Assembly: GCA_051294905.1 (NCBI GenBank)
Contig: CM119372.1
Coordinates: 15,998,001 to 16,062,000 of the forward strand
Reading direction: 5' to 3'
Length of the DNA stretch: 64,000 nt
Source of the DNA: Botryllus schlosseri
Lineage: Eukaryota
Part shown: piece after piece, positions 25,790 to 38,916 of the stretch
How positions within the stretch are numbered: position 1 is the stretch's first letter
Layout: each line of letters starts with the position of its first letter
The notes under the pieces: model-generated
Database searches by the model: none
The model's input: only the letters and a program-made list of their open reading frames with translations
What the model was told of the DNA's origin: nothing
Made by a program: the position numbers and the translations under genes

Positions 25790-28700
25790 AATCAATAGTT
25801 ATTATATTTTCCATGGTGAAGAGTACTCTCAGGTCCATTACGGCAGCTCTAAACTGGCATCTTTCGTTAGCGTACTTTGCACACTCCATAATAACGTGCT
25901 CTGCAGTTTCTTCAACATGGCATGTGGTACAATCAGGGGTATCGGAGTATCCAATTTTGCTAAGATGGGAGTTGAGACGACAGTGTCCGGTCCGTAATCT
26001 GAAAATGGTGGTTTCGGCACGGCGTGGCGTGGTTGAAGTAGGTAGTTTTGTGTATATGTCAGGGCAAAACTGTTTGAAATGTGCTCCAGAGGCGGTTTCG
26101 ATGAAACGTACGTTGGTTCCAGTCTTGCCTAGAGCGACCTAAAATCAATGAGTTGGCTTCGCTAGAAGTAAGATCTACACTTTGGTCAGCTAAGTCAAGG
26201 GCCGCAGCCTCTTTCGCAAGTCGGTCAGCGACTTCATTCCCTTCAATACCACAGTGTCCTGGAATCCATACAAAGGAAATATCTCTATGACTTTCATGTA
26301 AGAGATGGTGAGTTAGTTCTAATATTTGATTGGTAATATAGTTATTTTCACCAAGATGTTTTTCCAACGACAGCAATGCACTCAAAGAGTCACTCAGAAT
26401 AGCAACCCGTTCGATGGAATTTTCTGAAATCCATATCAATGCATCGAATATTGCTTTCAGCTCAATTGAGAAGATTGATAGGAGTTTCGAACATACTTTT
26501 GATGTTCTTATATTGCGATCGGGGATGTAGAAGGAGTACCCAGCACCGTTGATGTTTTTAGATCCATCGGTGTAAATTAGCATTCTGTTTCGGTATTGCT
26601 CAAAAAATATAATCTCTGAATATAGCATCGACAATGTGACGTGATGGATCGCGTCCGAGGGCTGTTTGCAATGATGTATCAATCATAGCACATTTCAATA
26701 ACCAAGGGCATATGGTTAGAGGGTGGTTACCTCTGACTTGCAAATCATCCAATATTTGAAGTCGGGGTAAGAGATTGAAAGTCACAAATCGGTCTGAGAG
26801 TAGATTGTAGATTTCCTCCCATGAACCCTCCAATAAACTACGTGCTGGGTTTGATTGTTGTGTTCTGATCTTGGAACGGTATTTGAGACAAAGATATTGG
26901 TGCCTGAGAAAAAGGGGCATGTCGTTACACGAGGCCTCTAATACGCATATAGGGGTGCTGGACATGGCACCGCAAGAAAGTCTCAGAGCTTGATTGCGGA
27001 TTGCAATTATTTTCGTGAGGTGTGATTTCGGTGCGAAGAAGTACGCTTCCATGCCATACTCTATGATGGATCTTATCAGGGTTAATAGCGTTCGAGTGGA
27101 TGCACCCCAAGATGTGCCGGATACCATTTTGAGTAAATTCATGCGCTTTGCGCATTTGGATGCAACGTTAGATGTGTGTATCTTATAGTTGAGTCTTTTG
27201 TCAAAGGTGACACGTAAATATTTGAAGGATTCCACATACCTCAGCTGATGACTTCCTAGTTTGAGTACAGGTTGTACATAATTTCGCTTTTTCGTGAAAA
27301 CCATTGCTACGGATTTCTCGACCGGTACCATAAAACCCCACTTTACACACCATCGATGGATCTGATCAAGGGATGACTGAATGTTTTGAGCAAGTTGGTC
27401 AACAGCAAGACCGGCCTCCCAAATGGCACAATCGTCCGCATAGAGTCCCATGTCTGACTCGATAACTGTTGGGAGGTCATTTATCATAATGCTGAATAAC
27501 AAAGGGCTAAGCACACTCCCTTGTGGGATACCATTTTCTGTGATGAAAATGTCGGATAACGTTGTCCCGATTCGAACTTGAAAGGTACGGTCGTGTATGA
27601 AATTGTTGATCCAAGAAAGACAAGGCCCCGAAATACCCATTTCCCGTAATTTATGGATGACAGCTGCCCTCCACACCATGTCATATGCTCTCTCGATGTC
27701 CAAGAAGACAGCTAAAACCGATCTTCCATTATGAGTAGCTTTGTAAGTGGCATCGTGTAAACGGAGCACATGATCCAGGGCCCGGCGTCCCCGACGAAAG
27801 CCACTTTGAGCTGAGTGGAGTAAGCCGTGCTTTTCTAGATACCAAGATAGTCGCTTCATAATCATCGTCTCCATCACGTTACAGAGGTGGCTGGTCAAGG
27901 CTATAGGACGATATGACTGTGGGTCTGATCGGTCCTTGTTTCCTTTGGGAATTGGAATAACAATCGAGTGCTTCCAGCTGCGAGGGACAGTGCCATTGCA
28001 CCATGAGTTAGCCTATTTATCACCGAAAGCATACTGAGTAGGGCATCTGGAGGGAAGTTTTTGAACATGGAGTAGCAAAGAGTGTCATGTCCCGGGGACG
28101 TGTCTTTTTTCGACTTCAGTGCTTTCTCAAGCTCTGCAATCGTGAAAGGATTGTTCAGAAGAGTATCGTTCCTATGGTATTCGACTTCTATGAGGAGTGA
28201 GGCTCTCAAGTCCAACCTATGACGGCAATTCAAAGAGCTGCTACAGCGTTGGATTGTCTTCGCTAGTATTTGTGCTTTCCCTCTTTGCTCTCAACTTTCA
28301 AAGATGCCACCGAACTATTAGAAAGATTGCCCGAAATAGAACGGAAGACACTCCACACTTTTTGGAAATTTCCCCTGGTGCCAAGTGTTTCACAAAAGGA
28401 TCTCCATGATTCACGTTTTGCTGTTAGTATCACTCGTCTGCACTGTGCACGGCTACGTTTAAATTCAGCGATGTATTGCGGATCAAACGTTTGCCTCATT
28501 TTCAAAAACGCTGCCTTCTTCCTTCTCACAGCCCTGGCACAATCGTCGTTCCACCATGGTACTGATGAGCGACTGTGACTTCTTTTGATTGGAATGGACA
28601 GGCTGGCCGCACATAATACATCACTAGTGAATTTGTCGACCATGGCGTCTATGTTGTTCCCAAAATTTGACACTTCGGGTAGATCAATCATCTGGCGAAA

Positions 28701-29432
28701 GCTCGCCCAATCTGCATTCGAAAGGGCCCAAGTAAGCGGACGTTTGTTAGAGCGGGGTAGTTTAGCCAATAAAGATGTCAGTATGACAAAATGATCACTG
28801 CCTAATAGGGAGTTTGTCACGTTGGTAGAGCACGAGAGGGCGATATCTGCCGACGCCAGTGACAAGTCGATGAGTGAGGCCCTGCTAACTGCGTTGTATG
28901 CAGTATTGATGCGAGTTGGACTAATTGCGTTCAGGGTTACCAATCCATACCGGTTTATCGAATCATACAACATGTGACCTCTGCGATTCGAGTTTCCAGC
29001 ACTCCATGACCAGTGATGGGCATTGAAATCACCTAATATCAAAGACCTGTCTGACAGGTCACCCAAAAAGTCTATGTCACCATCAACAACTCGGTACTCG
29101 GGAGAGCAGTATATGTTACAGATCCGCAAACCGTTCACTTCGATGCACAGCGTATCTATACAACTACCGGGTGACTGAATATCGAGAATTCGATAAGACA
29201 ATTGCTTATTAATTAGAATGGCTAGCCCACCACTGCGAAGTGTTTTATCTTTTCTTTCAATGATGTACCCTTTAATCTTTGGAACATATTTATCAATAAG
29301 ATGTGTCTCTTGAATTAACATAATATCAGGAGGCCTAGGGAGTTGTTCTATAAAGTTCTTCAGTTCAGGTAACTTCCTATATATTCCTCTGCAGTTCCAT
29401 TGCAGTATAAGAACACCAGCGTTCTTATACAT
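25790..29432 (-). pseudogene. LINE ORF2 (APE endonuclease, RT, RNase H, CCHC), frameshifted
   Basis: LQWNCRG, IQETH, GDFNAHH, SDH; FLDIERAYD, GIPQGSVLSP, LYADD; IYTDGSK, WIPGHCGIEGNEVAD; RLRTGH...CTTC...H...C. Spread over several frames. Confidence 0.92.
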
Positions 29433-30738
29433 TTTGTGGAACTGCGCTCAAGAGGCTTTTCAGTGATTCAGGGTCGAAAGAAACGCTTAGCCACTTCTGA
29501 GCCGCGGAGGTAATCAATGACAGAAGATCAATATCATCGCTTGAACGACAAGTTTTAGCTGTGAGGTTCACAATTTCGCATATGAATGCGAAGAATAGTA
29601 ACGGATGTGTAGAAGACATGATAGATAGAATTGACGAGTCGTGGTCTGATTCGGACGGGGTACTGGCGGCCTCGGTGGCCTCGTTTACATGAGAAGAGGT
29701 CTCCAATAAGGATAAGTTCGCATCATTGGGAAGGGGTGGTCGCGGTGGACTGATTTTCGCCGAAGTTGACTTAGCAGAGGCATTCTGACGTTGGTGTACA
29801 GCCTGCCGTCGGTGTACAGCCTGACTATAAGTTTTACCGCTGGGAGTTGGCGACAATTGTGTATGTGAAGATCTTTCTGGTGCTTTCGCTTTAGCATCGA
29901 CGTGCGATACTTTTGCTTTAGCATCGACATACGATAGACTCTCTCGTTCTCGAATTATTTGTATTTTGGCTTCCCTCTTATACACTGGGCACCCACCGTA
30001 AGCTGCGCTATGGGGCATTTTGCAGTTGACACACCTCTTTTCCTGATCGCACTGATGATGCTCATGTTCATGACTCCCACATTTGGAGCACGTTTTTCTT
30101 CCACCGCAATTTGCCTTCGTGTGACCGAATCGATTGCATCGGTGGCACCTCAATGGGGGAGGATTATAGGGATTGGTCTTGAATCGAAGATATCCAATAT
30201 ACAACTTATCTAGAGGTGTTGGAACATCAAACCCTAGCAGCATTGACAAACTATCAACATAGCCATCAGTGGACTTGCGTTTTAGACGTTTAGCAAAGCA
30301 CACGTGTGATTCGCTGAGGAATTCAACAACTTCGTATTCTGACATGTCAGCTGGCACGCCTCGGATAACGGCCCTAGACGCATGCTGATGCAGTTTACTC
30401 ACATCGTAACATCCCGTATTAACCGGAATTGACACTACTCCGTCTGTAAACATATCTAGAGATAGGAGCTTATCGGCCTGCATGCGATTGTGGCAGGTGA
30501 CGAGTAAGTCTCCCGACGGGAAGACACGGATCCCTTCATAATTACCAATCACTGCGTGTAAGCACTTGTTCACTGTGATAGGATGATAGTGTTTCATCTT
30601 CCTATCTGCATCAGACTTATTATTCATTGTTTTCCATGGCGGACTATCACAATCAGACTCGCTTTGTGAACCCCTTTTACTGCGTTTTGATGTGACAACA
30701 GTAAACTCCATGTCATCGTTACCAACATCCGCTGCCAT
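29425..30738 (-). CDS. LINE ORF1 gag-like nucleic-acid-binding protein
   Basis: 437-aa ORF with three knuckles (CHRCNRFGHTKANC, CSKCGSHEHEHHQC, CVNCKMPHSAAYGGC). Overlaps the ORF2 start by 8 nt. Confidence 0.9.
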   Translation of the reverse strand: MAADVGNDDMEFTVVTSKRSKRGSQSESDCDSPPWKTMNNKSDADRKMKHYHPITVNKCLHAVIGNYEGIRVFPSGDLLVTCHNRMQADKLLSLDMFTDGVVSIPVNTGCYDVSKLHQHASRAVIRGVPADMSEYEVVEFLSESHVCFAKRLKRKSTDGYVDSLSMLLGFDVPTPLDKLYIGYLRFKTNPYNPPPLRCHRCNRFGHTKANCGGRKTCSKCGSHEHEHHQCDQEKRCVNCKMPHSAAYGGCPVYKREAKIQIIRERESLSYVDAKAKVSHVDAKAKAPERSSHTQLSPTPSGKTYSQAVHRRQAVHQRQNASAKSTSAKISPPRPPLPNDANLSLLETSSHVNEATEAASTPSESDHDSSILSIMSSTHPLLFFAFICEIVNLTAKTCRSSDDIDLLSLITSAAQKWLSVSFDPESLKSLLSAVPQNV

Positions 30739-31909
30739 CAGGCGGGATGGTGGCTTATACAGCTAATAACTTCTCACTGCACGTAATCCTATCCGAGTAC
30801 CGCTAGAGTATTACCACAAGTAAGCCTTTACACCAGAAAACCAAAACCTCGCAACAAGCTCTCGACGCTGATTGCAGGATGAGCTGCTCAATCTAGACAC
30901 GTCCGCACACATCGGCGGTCAGACGCGAATGGGTTCGTATGACTTGACTTGACTCGAGTCCCTTTGCTAAAATGACTTGACTTGACTTGACTCGGCGTAT
31001 CAGAAATGTGGAATGACTCGTGACTCGGAGCATAATTCACGAGTCAATTTCAAGTCATCAAGTAATCGACATCGATAAAATCACTGTATCTTGCAGATGT
31101 TCGGATTGGTCGCGAAACGCTGGTGTAACCCGTGAGTGCGACCAATCAGCGACCATCGTGCGTTTTACTGGGCCGCTATTGTTCTCTCACATATAGATTG
31201 ACAACAAACGAAGTGATCGAAGCTTACAGCGTACGTTGTCGTAAACTAGTATGGTAAAGTAATTTAATAGTGAAATGTCTATTTCTGTTCTCTGTTCTTA
31301 CCAAAACCAAACCAATTGTTTTATTGAAATTGAATTCGAATATAGTTTATATAGTCTTCAGCCATTGGCGGAAGCTCGAATTGTATCATATCAATTTGTA
31401 AATGGGTAATGTATTGCGTCTTATCAAGTCGTTTCTCTATTTTGGCTGGTAACTATGAACTTAGGCTATGCAATTACTCACGTAGTTTAGCAGTTCTACG
31501 TATATGTGAACGATACAGCGCCTTCTTACGTGTATATTTAACTTTATATTCGTTCACCGATTCAAAATCAATGACCACTCAATCTGTATTTCAGACAGCT
31601 AGCGAAATGCGTCATACCTCATACTTTGAAAAAGCAACTTGACTTGAATTGTGACTTGACTCGAGACTTGACTTGACTCGATTTGACTCGAGTCACCTCC
31701 AAAAATCGAGTGACTTGACTCAAGTCACCTTCGAAAATCGATTGACTTGACTTGACTCGAGTCAAAATGTGCTATGACTCGAAATGACTCGTGACTCGAA
31801 GGTAGTGACTTGATCCCAACATTGCCTGGCTGATAATGCTTAGTTAAATGGAATTTCTTACTACACCGCGCATATAGGGCTGGGCATAATGATTCGAGTT
31901 ACTCGAATC

Positions 31910-32834
31910 CAGTGTTGGGATCAAGTCACTACCTTCGAGTCACGAGTCATTTCGAGTCATTGCCCATTTTGACTCGAGTCAAGTCAAGTCAATCGATTTT
32001 CAAAGGTGACTCGAGTCAAGTCAAGTCACTCGATTTTGGGAGGTGACTCGAGTCAAGTCGAGTCAAGTCAAGTCACGAGTCAAGTCACAATTCAAGTCAA
32101 GTTGCCTTTTCGAAGTATAGGGCACGATAACGTCAATGCATTTTGGTAGCTGTCTGAAATACAGATTGAGTGGTGATTGATTTCGAGCCGATGAACGAAT
32201 ATGGATATAAATATACAGGCAAGAAGGCGCTGTATCGCTCGCATATACGTAGAACAGCTAAACCATAGTTTATAGTTACCAGGCAAAATAGAGAATAGAT
32301 ACGAATTGATAGGACGCAATACATGACCCAGTTACAAACTGATATGATACAATTCGAGCCTGCGCCAATGGTTGAGGACTATATAAACTATATTAGAGTT
32401 CAATTTTAATAAAACAAGAGGTTTGGTTAAGGTAAAAACAGAGATTAATTACTTTACTATACTAGTTTAATACAACGTAAGCAGTATGCTTCGATCACTT
32501 CGTTTGCGGTCAATTTATTTGTGAGGGAAAAATGGAGGCTCCGTAAAACGCACGATCATTAAATGATTGGTAGCTCACACGGTTACACCGGTGTTTCGCG
32601 AACAATCCGAGCATATGCAAGATTTAGAGATTTTTGTCGACACCGATTACTTGATGACTTGAAATTGACTCGTGAATTTTGCTCCGAGTCACGAGTCAAT
32701 CCATATTTCTGATACGCCGAGTCAAGTCAAGTCAAGTCATTTTAGCAAAGTGACTCGAGTCAAGTCAAGTCATTCGATAAAGGTGACTCGAGTCTGACTC
32801 GAGTCAAGTCATGACTCGAGTCATACCAACACTG
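31910..32834 (-). mobile_element. Complete GACTT-family hAT MITE
   Basis: TIR CAGTGTTGG...CCAACACTG and perfect TSD CTCGAATC. Confidence 0.9.
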
Positions 32835-32994
32835 CTCGAATCTGACTCGAGTAGTAAAAGACGATTTTCTCGAGTACTGGAATTATACGCTGAAAGCTAA
32901 TTTATCAACGAGGATTATAGTTTCGATACTACTTTTCATAGTTGAAGCCACGAAACCTTGACATGCCATACCGTAGCATACAATACATATAGTG

Positions 32995-34112
32995 CAGGGG
33001 TGGGCAACCTGCGGCCGTGACAGGTAATTTAATGAGTATGTGTTGGCGGCCGGCGGCAGGCAAATTAAACTTTTGGTTCATTGAATTTTAAAAAATCTTA
33101 GAGTTTTCTTCGCGCTGAGCGTGATTCAATGCTATACATCATAGTGATTCATTTTGAAATCTGAGTCCCACAGCGCACAAGCGAACAGCAGATAGAAATG
33201 ACGCGCCCCATATAGAAATATCAACTGTGAATAGTGAGCTTCTCACGAAAGAAATTCGTTTCTGTTACGTTTAGGCCAGTGATTACTAACCGCGCTTCTC
33301 AGGGCCACATACGGCTCCAGCCCAATAGATGAATAACCGTCAGACAAGGATGTATCTATCTTGAGTTCTGCTGGTCATATACCTTTATATATCGTATCTG
33401 TGAAGAGTAAATTTAGACAGAAATAAAGTCTCATAGTCAAGTATAAATTGCAATCAGTCCAACATTGGTCAGCATATGATATCCCACAAACTTGGGCATA
33501 AAGTGCAGAAATGTATGAAGACTGAAGAGCTATCACATCACGACATAATAGTACTCACCAATTTGCTTGTATCAATGCTATATTAACCGATATAGTATCT
33601 ATAGAAGTTCATGTGCAAAATGTGCAATTGTTCATACATTTGAATTCGCTGGATTATGAGAGCAGAGGTAGGCTAGCTACCTTTATATTTTCGTTGTAAG
33701 TAGCCTATGCTCGAGTGTTTCATGCGGCTCCATTCGTACTCTGAAGTTAGATGGTCATAGATAAGTCACATGGGCTGATAAAGGATAAACAATTGATTGC
33801 AATATGTGCATATACTAATAATAATGACGAAATTCATTTGTGATTCTAAAAAAATTTCGCGCTTCGCGAGACCATGACGTTTCCCATTAGTTAATAAAAA
33901 ACAAGGTCTCTCGCGATTTCGGTGTGTATAGTAACAGTAAGCCGATATGAGAGAGTAGATTAGTCCGGAATTAACCGGAAATGGCCATGCATAGTTATCT
34001 TGGGTATTGGGCGCCCAGCTAGTTCATTACGTCTTACGCACTGGAATGCGGCCGTAGGCTACGTAGGTAATCGAAATGCGGCCGTGAATAACAAAAAGGT
34101 TGACCAACCCTG
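32995..34112. mobile_element. Buster-type hAT MITE
   Basis: CAGGGGTGGGCAACCT...AGGTTGACCAACCCTG, flanks ATATAGTG/ATGTAGTA (6/8). Confidence 0.75.
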
Positions 34113-34463
34113 ATGTAGTACAACGCTACGACCGTTACTGGAAGTAACACGTTTCTGAATTCATGATCATTCCACAACATTGTCACCAAGTGCAAATGGG
34201 TATGGCCCAGAAAATATTAGAGTATCTTTAATGTGATGGATAACGGGCATTATATTCTTTGCGGTGGCATTAAAGGTACATTTTCAACTTTGACATACTG
34301 CATTCGGTTATGACGTCGTAATGAGGGGCCCTCGATTACTAGACTCAAAGCAGAATACGTGATTCAGAATCGAATCACCCAGGTACTCGATTTTGCCCAG
34401 CCCTACTCGCCTAGGTCAAATACGTGAGTATGACGTCATAAATGATGGATGTAGGGTATATTA

Positions 34464-35850
34464 CAGACCTGGGCAAAGTGCGTCCCGCGGGCCAAATGCG
34501 GCCCACGAAGCCATTCTGTGCGGCCCGCGAATGATTCCTCGGAATTCATAACATTAAATCTGCTTTTTTAATGTTGATGCGTGGACTAAAACCATGGGCT
34601 GTATCAACTAAATAGGAAATTCGTTCTCTTTGAAGCCTGTTCATAGTGTTCATTAATATGCCACGATCACGCTGCCTACGTACCTCGCATGCGTAATCCA
34701 GATTCAAAATAAAGGCAATGTGGCAAAGTATGAGTAACAATTAAATTCACAAGAAATCACTCTTTCCATCTAGCTTAAACCTTCTTCTAACCTTCTTTGC
34801 TGCCATTGTCACATTACGCATTATACGGTAGACCTACATGTTTCAAATTGTTACATGAAGCGTTTCCAAATCCATATTTCGTAAAACAAGTCAATCAGTG
34901 CTCGCGATTACCATAAGACTTCTTATATCTATCACCCATAAAGGATGAACGGGCATGTCAAAAAGAGAAATCTCAAAGCTGAAATTCAAAACAGGTTAAG
35001 AACACTAAATATTTGCATACTGGAGTTCGGGGTATACCTGTTCTTTTAGTTTTTGCCGAGCTTGTCGCCGAGATTAAAGATTTTAGTTATGAAAAAAACA
35101 CGAAACACTCGATCATGGGAGGGTGAATTTCCGAAAAACTGCAATATTCACTCAACATCAAGGTTTTTTGAGCTGCGCAGTGCACGTTGCACAATGCTCG
35201 GGATGCAGCGACAAAGACAAGCTATCCCATATTTCAGTGAAATGTTTCTCGAACTGGGGGGGGGGGGGGCGTGAAAGCATCAAAAGAGATACGCGAAACC
35301 GAAGTTGAAAGAATTGTTTTTTCGCGCTTCGCGCGATTTATCTCCACCGCATAGCATAGTTATTGCTCAGTGTATTGTCCGACTTTGACATTACTGAATT
35401 ATTGCGTCAACAACCAACCTTCCATGCCACCAAGGTATCCGTGGGGATTGCTAGCATTCCGGTTGCTCTTTTTAACATGTTGTGATATTATGATCCGGTT
35501 AAGCGCGAGATTTTTAACTATCATAAAGGGTGGCGTGCCTAAAAAAAGTTTGAGAACCACTGTTTTAGTTTCCTAATAGAAGGACGTGGACACGGGTTTA
35601 TAAAGAGAGTTAAAATGTATTATGCTTAACATTGTCTTGAATTATGTCGGCAAATATATATTTTTTTATTCAACTGTCACTTTCTCATCACCTAACATGA
35701 ACACATTCACTAAGCAGCATTCAATAATAATGTAATTTAGAAATAACATTAAAATACGCTGGAGAATATAGCTAACATTTTCCATTCGGCCTGCCAACGT
35801 ATTTTCTACTTCTCATTTGGCCCGCGGAGGGATATAACTGTCCACCCCTG
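34464..35850 (+). mobile_element. Buster/SPIN-type hAT deletion derivative containing a short MITE (~35235-35562)
   Basis: CAGACCTGGGCA...TGTCCACCCCTG, GGCCCGC motifs, perfect TSD GTATATTA. Confidence 0.8.
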
Positions 35851-36351
35851 GTATATTAGATGGTACGCGAGCACTGCATAAAACTTCGAAATGGTACGCG
35901 GGTGGAAAAAGGTTGGGAAGCACTGTCCTAACGGATCTGAGATCATTACCGGCTGAATCACGACTAATACTTGGATGAAACCAGGCATGGATATAAAAAA
36001 AGAATGCATTGAAGCGGTGCGGTAGTTACACTTCTTCAGAGTTCCAATGTAAGTTACCTGGTCGTCGCACATATCTTCTGAGCATACAGGATTGTGTCCT
36101 ACATCTATCTCACATTGGCGTGCTGCACCAGTTTGGCGATGACTAATATACTTAACATGCACTCAGAAAAGCAGGAGCACTCGGCGTAATGGCAAACAAA
36201 TACGATGGGTATTTCTCGTATTTATCCTTAGTTCGATAAGTTCACGATCATTCGCTGTCTCACCTCTGCCATGCCTCCAATAGGCTATTGGTGATCTGAA
36301 CCTGTCGTGACCTACTTTTAAAATTAAAACATACAATGTCCAGGTGTCACA

Positions 36352-36625
36352 TTTTTTATTGGTATTCATGGTGTTTGTAGACTACCATGGTCATTTACAC
36401 CAGGCCGAAATTCTTCATTTTTCTTCCGTATCCGCCGACTTATAGCACGGCCCACTTCTAGGCTTTTTGTAAGACATCGATTACGCGGATGAGATGGCGA
36501 GGAGGAGCCTATAGATAAACATCCAACACTTGAGTATAGGAATTCCGAAGTCGACCCCGGTCAGACCAGAACCTGCAACCCCCTGGTGTGGCAGCCGCGG
36601 ATTATACCCCTATGCGCTATCTCGT
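36352..36625 (-). mobile_element. SINE copy
   Basis: Reverse complement of 58051-58300, with an A-rich tail. Confidence 0.65.
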
Positions 36626-38625
36626 CTATCTCTTATTATTAAATCACCCAGGTACGATTCGTTTACAAAATTATTGCCGTTAGGAAACTTCTAGAACGAG
36701 TAGAAGCACATAATCAGCGAGCCGCCGCGGTCGTGATCATTCAAGCATAGCTGATTAACAGATCAAGAGCCGTGATTTCTTGATTACTAGTCTTCTCGTC
36801 GTTCTATGGTAGCTGCCTCGCCCCAGCTACAGCAGCTACTTTCAAACGCTTTTAGCAAAATCGTAACGACTTTCCTGTGAGCTTATTGCAGGCTCATTGA
36901 CGTTTTTTATCATTATTATATAGAATGAGACATGATGGATACGGAACATTTTTTGATATTTTCCGAATTTTGGACAACCCTAAATGGTCAGTGTTTTTAG
37001 GTATTATTTCCCCATGCCATTGTTGCGCTAATATGATGGCAGCTAATTCATTTGACTGAACATTTCGCCGGACGATCAGTTGTGAAATAAAATTAAAACG
37101 CCGGGTAGACGTTAGGCTACTCTTTCAAGCGAACTAAATCATCTTAAAATTTATCACGATATAACAGATTCCGCGGTGGATATATTGTCATCCGTGAAAT
37201 TGGGTTCTGACTGGTATGATAATTATCGAGACGAGGTAGATGGCATCTCCAGCTTCGTTTTTTATATGTATACTTCGTCGTAACTCACGATCCGTAATTA
37301 GAGGTGTAAAACCAGTTACGACCTACACTGGACCATATTTTATTATAACCGGGTTATGTATATCCGATTATCCGTACGCATTCGTTAATACGAGCAAGTG
37401 CTTCGTAGCAAAATACGCGACCGCGGATGCTGTCGTAACTCATTATCGGTAATTAAACGAAGTTGCGTCGCCCAGATATCCAAAGACGTCTTATCCATTC
37501 GAATTGTTATCGTATCTAGCGTACGACAGCGGAGCTAAATCAAGCCTGTTTCCTGGCCAAGGCCGTAGCGCTGCCTGGAAGGAGTCATGCTATTATCCAC
37601 AAGCAGAAGAGCGTGATAGAGCAAACGTAATTAAAGTCAGTACTATTCTCGATGACAAAATCTCCATCTCAGTTATGTGTACAACTTCATTTTTTAAAAT
37701 CACGGTGGCACAATCAATGACCGCAAGTTCACGTTCAAGGTATTTGGATCCCGATATTGAGTAACCGAAATCTTATGAGTGTACATTCGGTGTCAAATCT
37801 CAGGTATAGATCTCGTTCCCGGTAATGTCCATTCTCGGGCGTGTCTATCTCGGTAATGTCCCTTCTCGTTAATAGTATTCTTCGTCATGTCCTTATCGGT
37901 AATAGCATTCTCGGTATGAAACCCCGCGACTCAAAAAAAGTTTGAAATCCCTCTGCTATAGATTCATACGATACGTTATCGGATCATTTCTATTTTGTAA
38001 ATAACTCACCGATACATTAACCGATCGTTAGACTGTGTGTACCATCGTTTAAATAACATAAAATATCTCACAGTCATAAGAATTTTTCTAATTGCGGTCA
38101 ATAAATGATACTTTTGAAGGTCACATGAATACCTGTAATAATTTGTTTCCTTCTGAAACATTTTGGGCCCGTATTCATGTATTCACCAGATTATGATTTA
38201 TGGTTCATCAGGTTAAGCGTAAACTGCGCGCCGTCACACTTTCTAAGAACTATCCAGGCTCGTGATCGTGACCATCATCTGATCATCAGATCAATTCGCT
38301 ACCGACAACCAATGTCACAACAAAATATACAATGTCGATTTATGCGTACACTGTACAGCGAAAGTAGCCTATTCTCTACTCTAAATAGATAATACAATTA
38401 CAATCCGTCAATCAATATGATGTTATTTATTTGTATTAGTCATGCTTGGTATTCGCAGGTGCGTCAGTGCGTAATCGAATAAAACGTTAATGTTTCATAA
38501 TTGGTGATTCGCCGATAACAGGAGGTACACAAATTTTGTTGGCTATTCCTTTATTCGCCAATGAATATGCCTTATAATTCGCCGGGAAATGTTGTGTACG
38601 AACATGATAACTGTCTCCTTTAAGG

Positions 38626-38916
38626 AAGTGGTTTTCAAACTGGGGGGGGGGGCGTGAAAGCATCTGAAGGGGGCGCGAAGCTGCGGTTAACTGAGGAAAT
38701 TTTTCGCGCTCTGCGCGATTTACCTCCAATTCATGGTTTTTGCTCTGTGCATAGTACGAATATTTTCTTGGAGAATTCTCTCATCAACAGTCATAACCTT
38801 CCATGCCGTCAAACTATCCGTTGGGATTGCTACCACTCTGGTTGTATTTTGCGATATGACGACAAGGGGCGCGCGAAATTTGGGGAGGGGGTGTCTAAAT
38901 AAGTTTGAAACCACTG
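38626..38916. mobile_element. Short (~290 bp) Buster-type MITE
   Basis: AGTGGTTTTCAAAC...GTTTGAAACCACTG. Relatives at 35235-35562 and 58385-58654. Confidence 0.75.

Larger units (their letters stand above)
25600..30933 (-). mobile_element. Full-length I-group (I/Nimb-like) non-LTR retrotransposon
   Basis: 12-bp TSD TTCGTATGACTT (25588-25599 and 30934-30945), 5' end CCCATT, TAA-rich tail, ORF1 plus ORF2. Confidence 0.92.
25566..31824 (+). mobile_element. GACTT-family MITE split by the LINE
   Basis: Removing 25600-30945 restores a sequence collinear with 55380-56717. Ends GATCCCAACATTG. Confidence 0.85.
31875..34405. mobile_element. hAT MITE (TCGA motif family) hosting two insertions
   Basis: TIR TAGGGCTGGGCA...TGCCCAGCCCTA, flanks CGCGCATA/CTCGCCTA (6/8). 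Confidence 0.75.
25168..35925. mobile_element. Outer Charlie-type hAT MITE expanded by nested insertions
   Basis: CAGTGGTTCCCAACCT...AGGTTGGGAAGCACTG, GGTACGCG motifs at both ends, flanks CCCAAACG/TCCTAACG (6/8). Confidence 0.65.

Noticed and set aside
30941..32834. CRISPR-like or satellite array
   Set aside because: Irregular 5-bp motifs without unique spacers, bounded by TIRs and an 8-bp TSD. No cas genes, and the context is eukaryotic.
37504..37764. GC-richer exon-like stretch
   Set aside because: No recognisable protein in the frames I checked, and weak splice signals.
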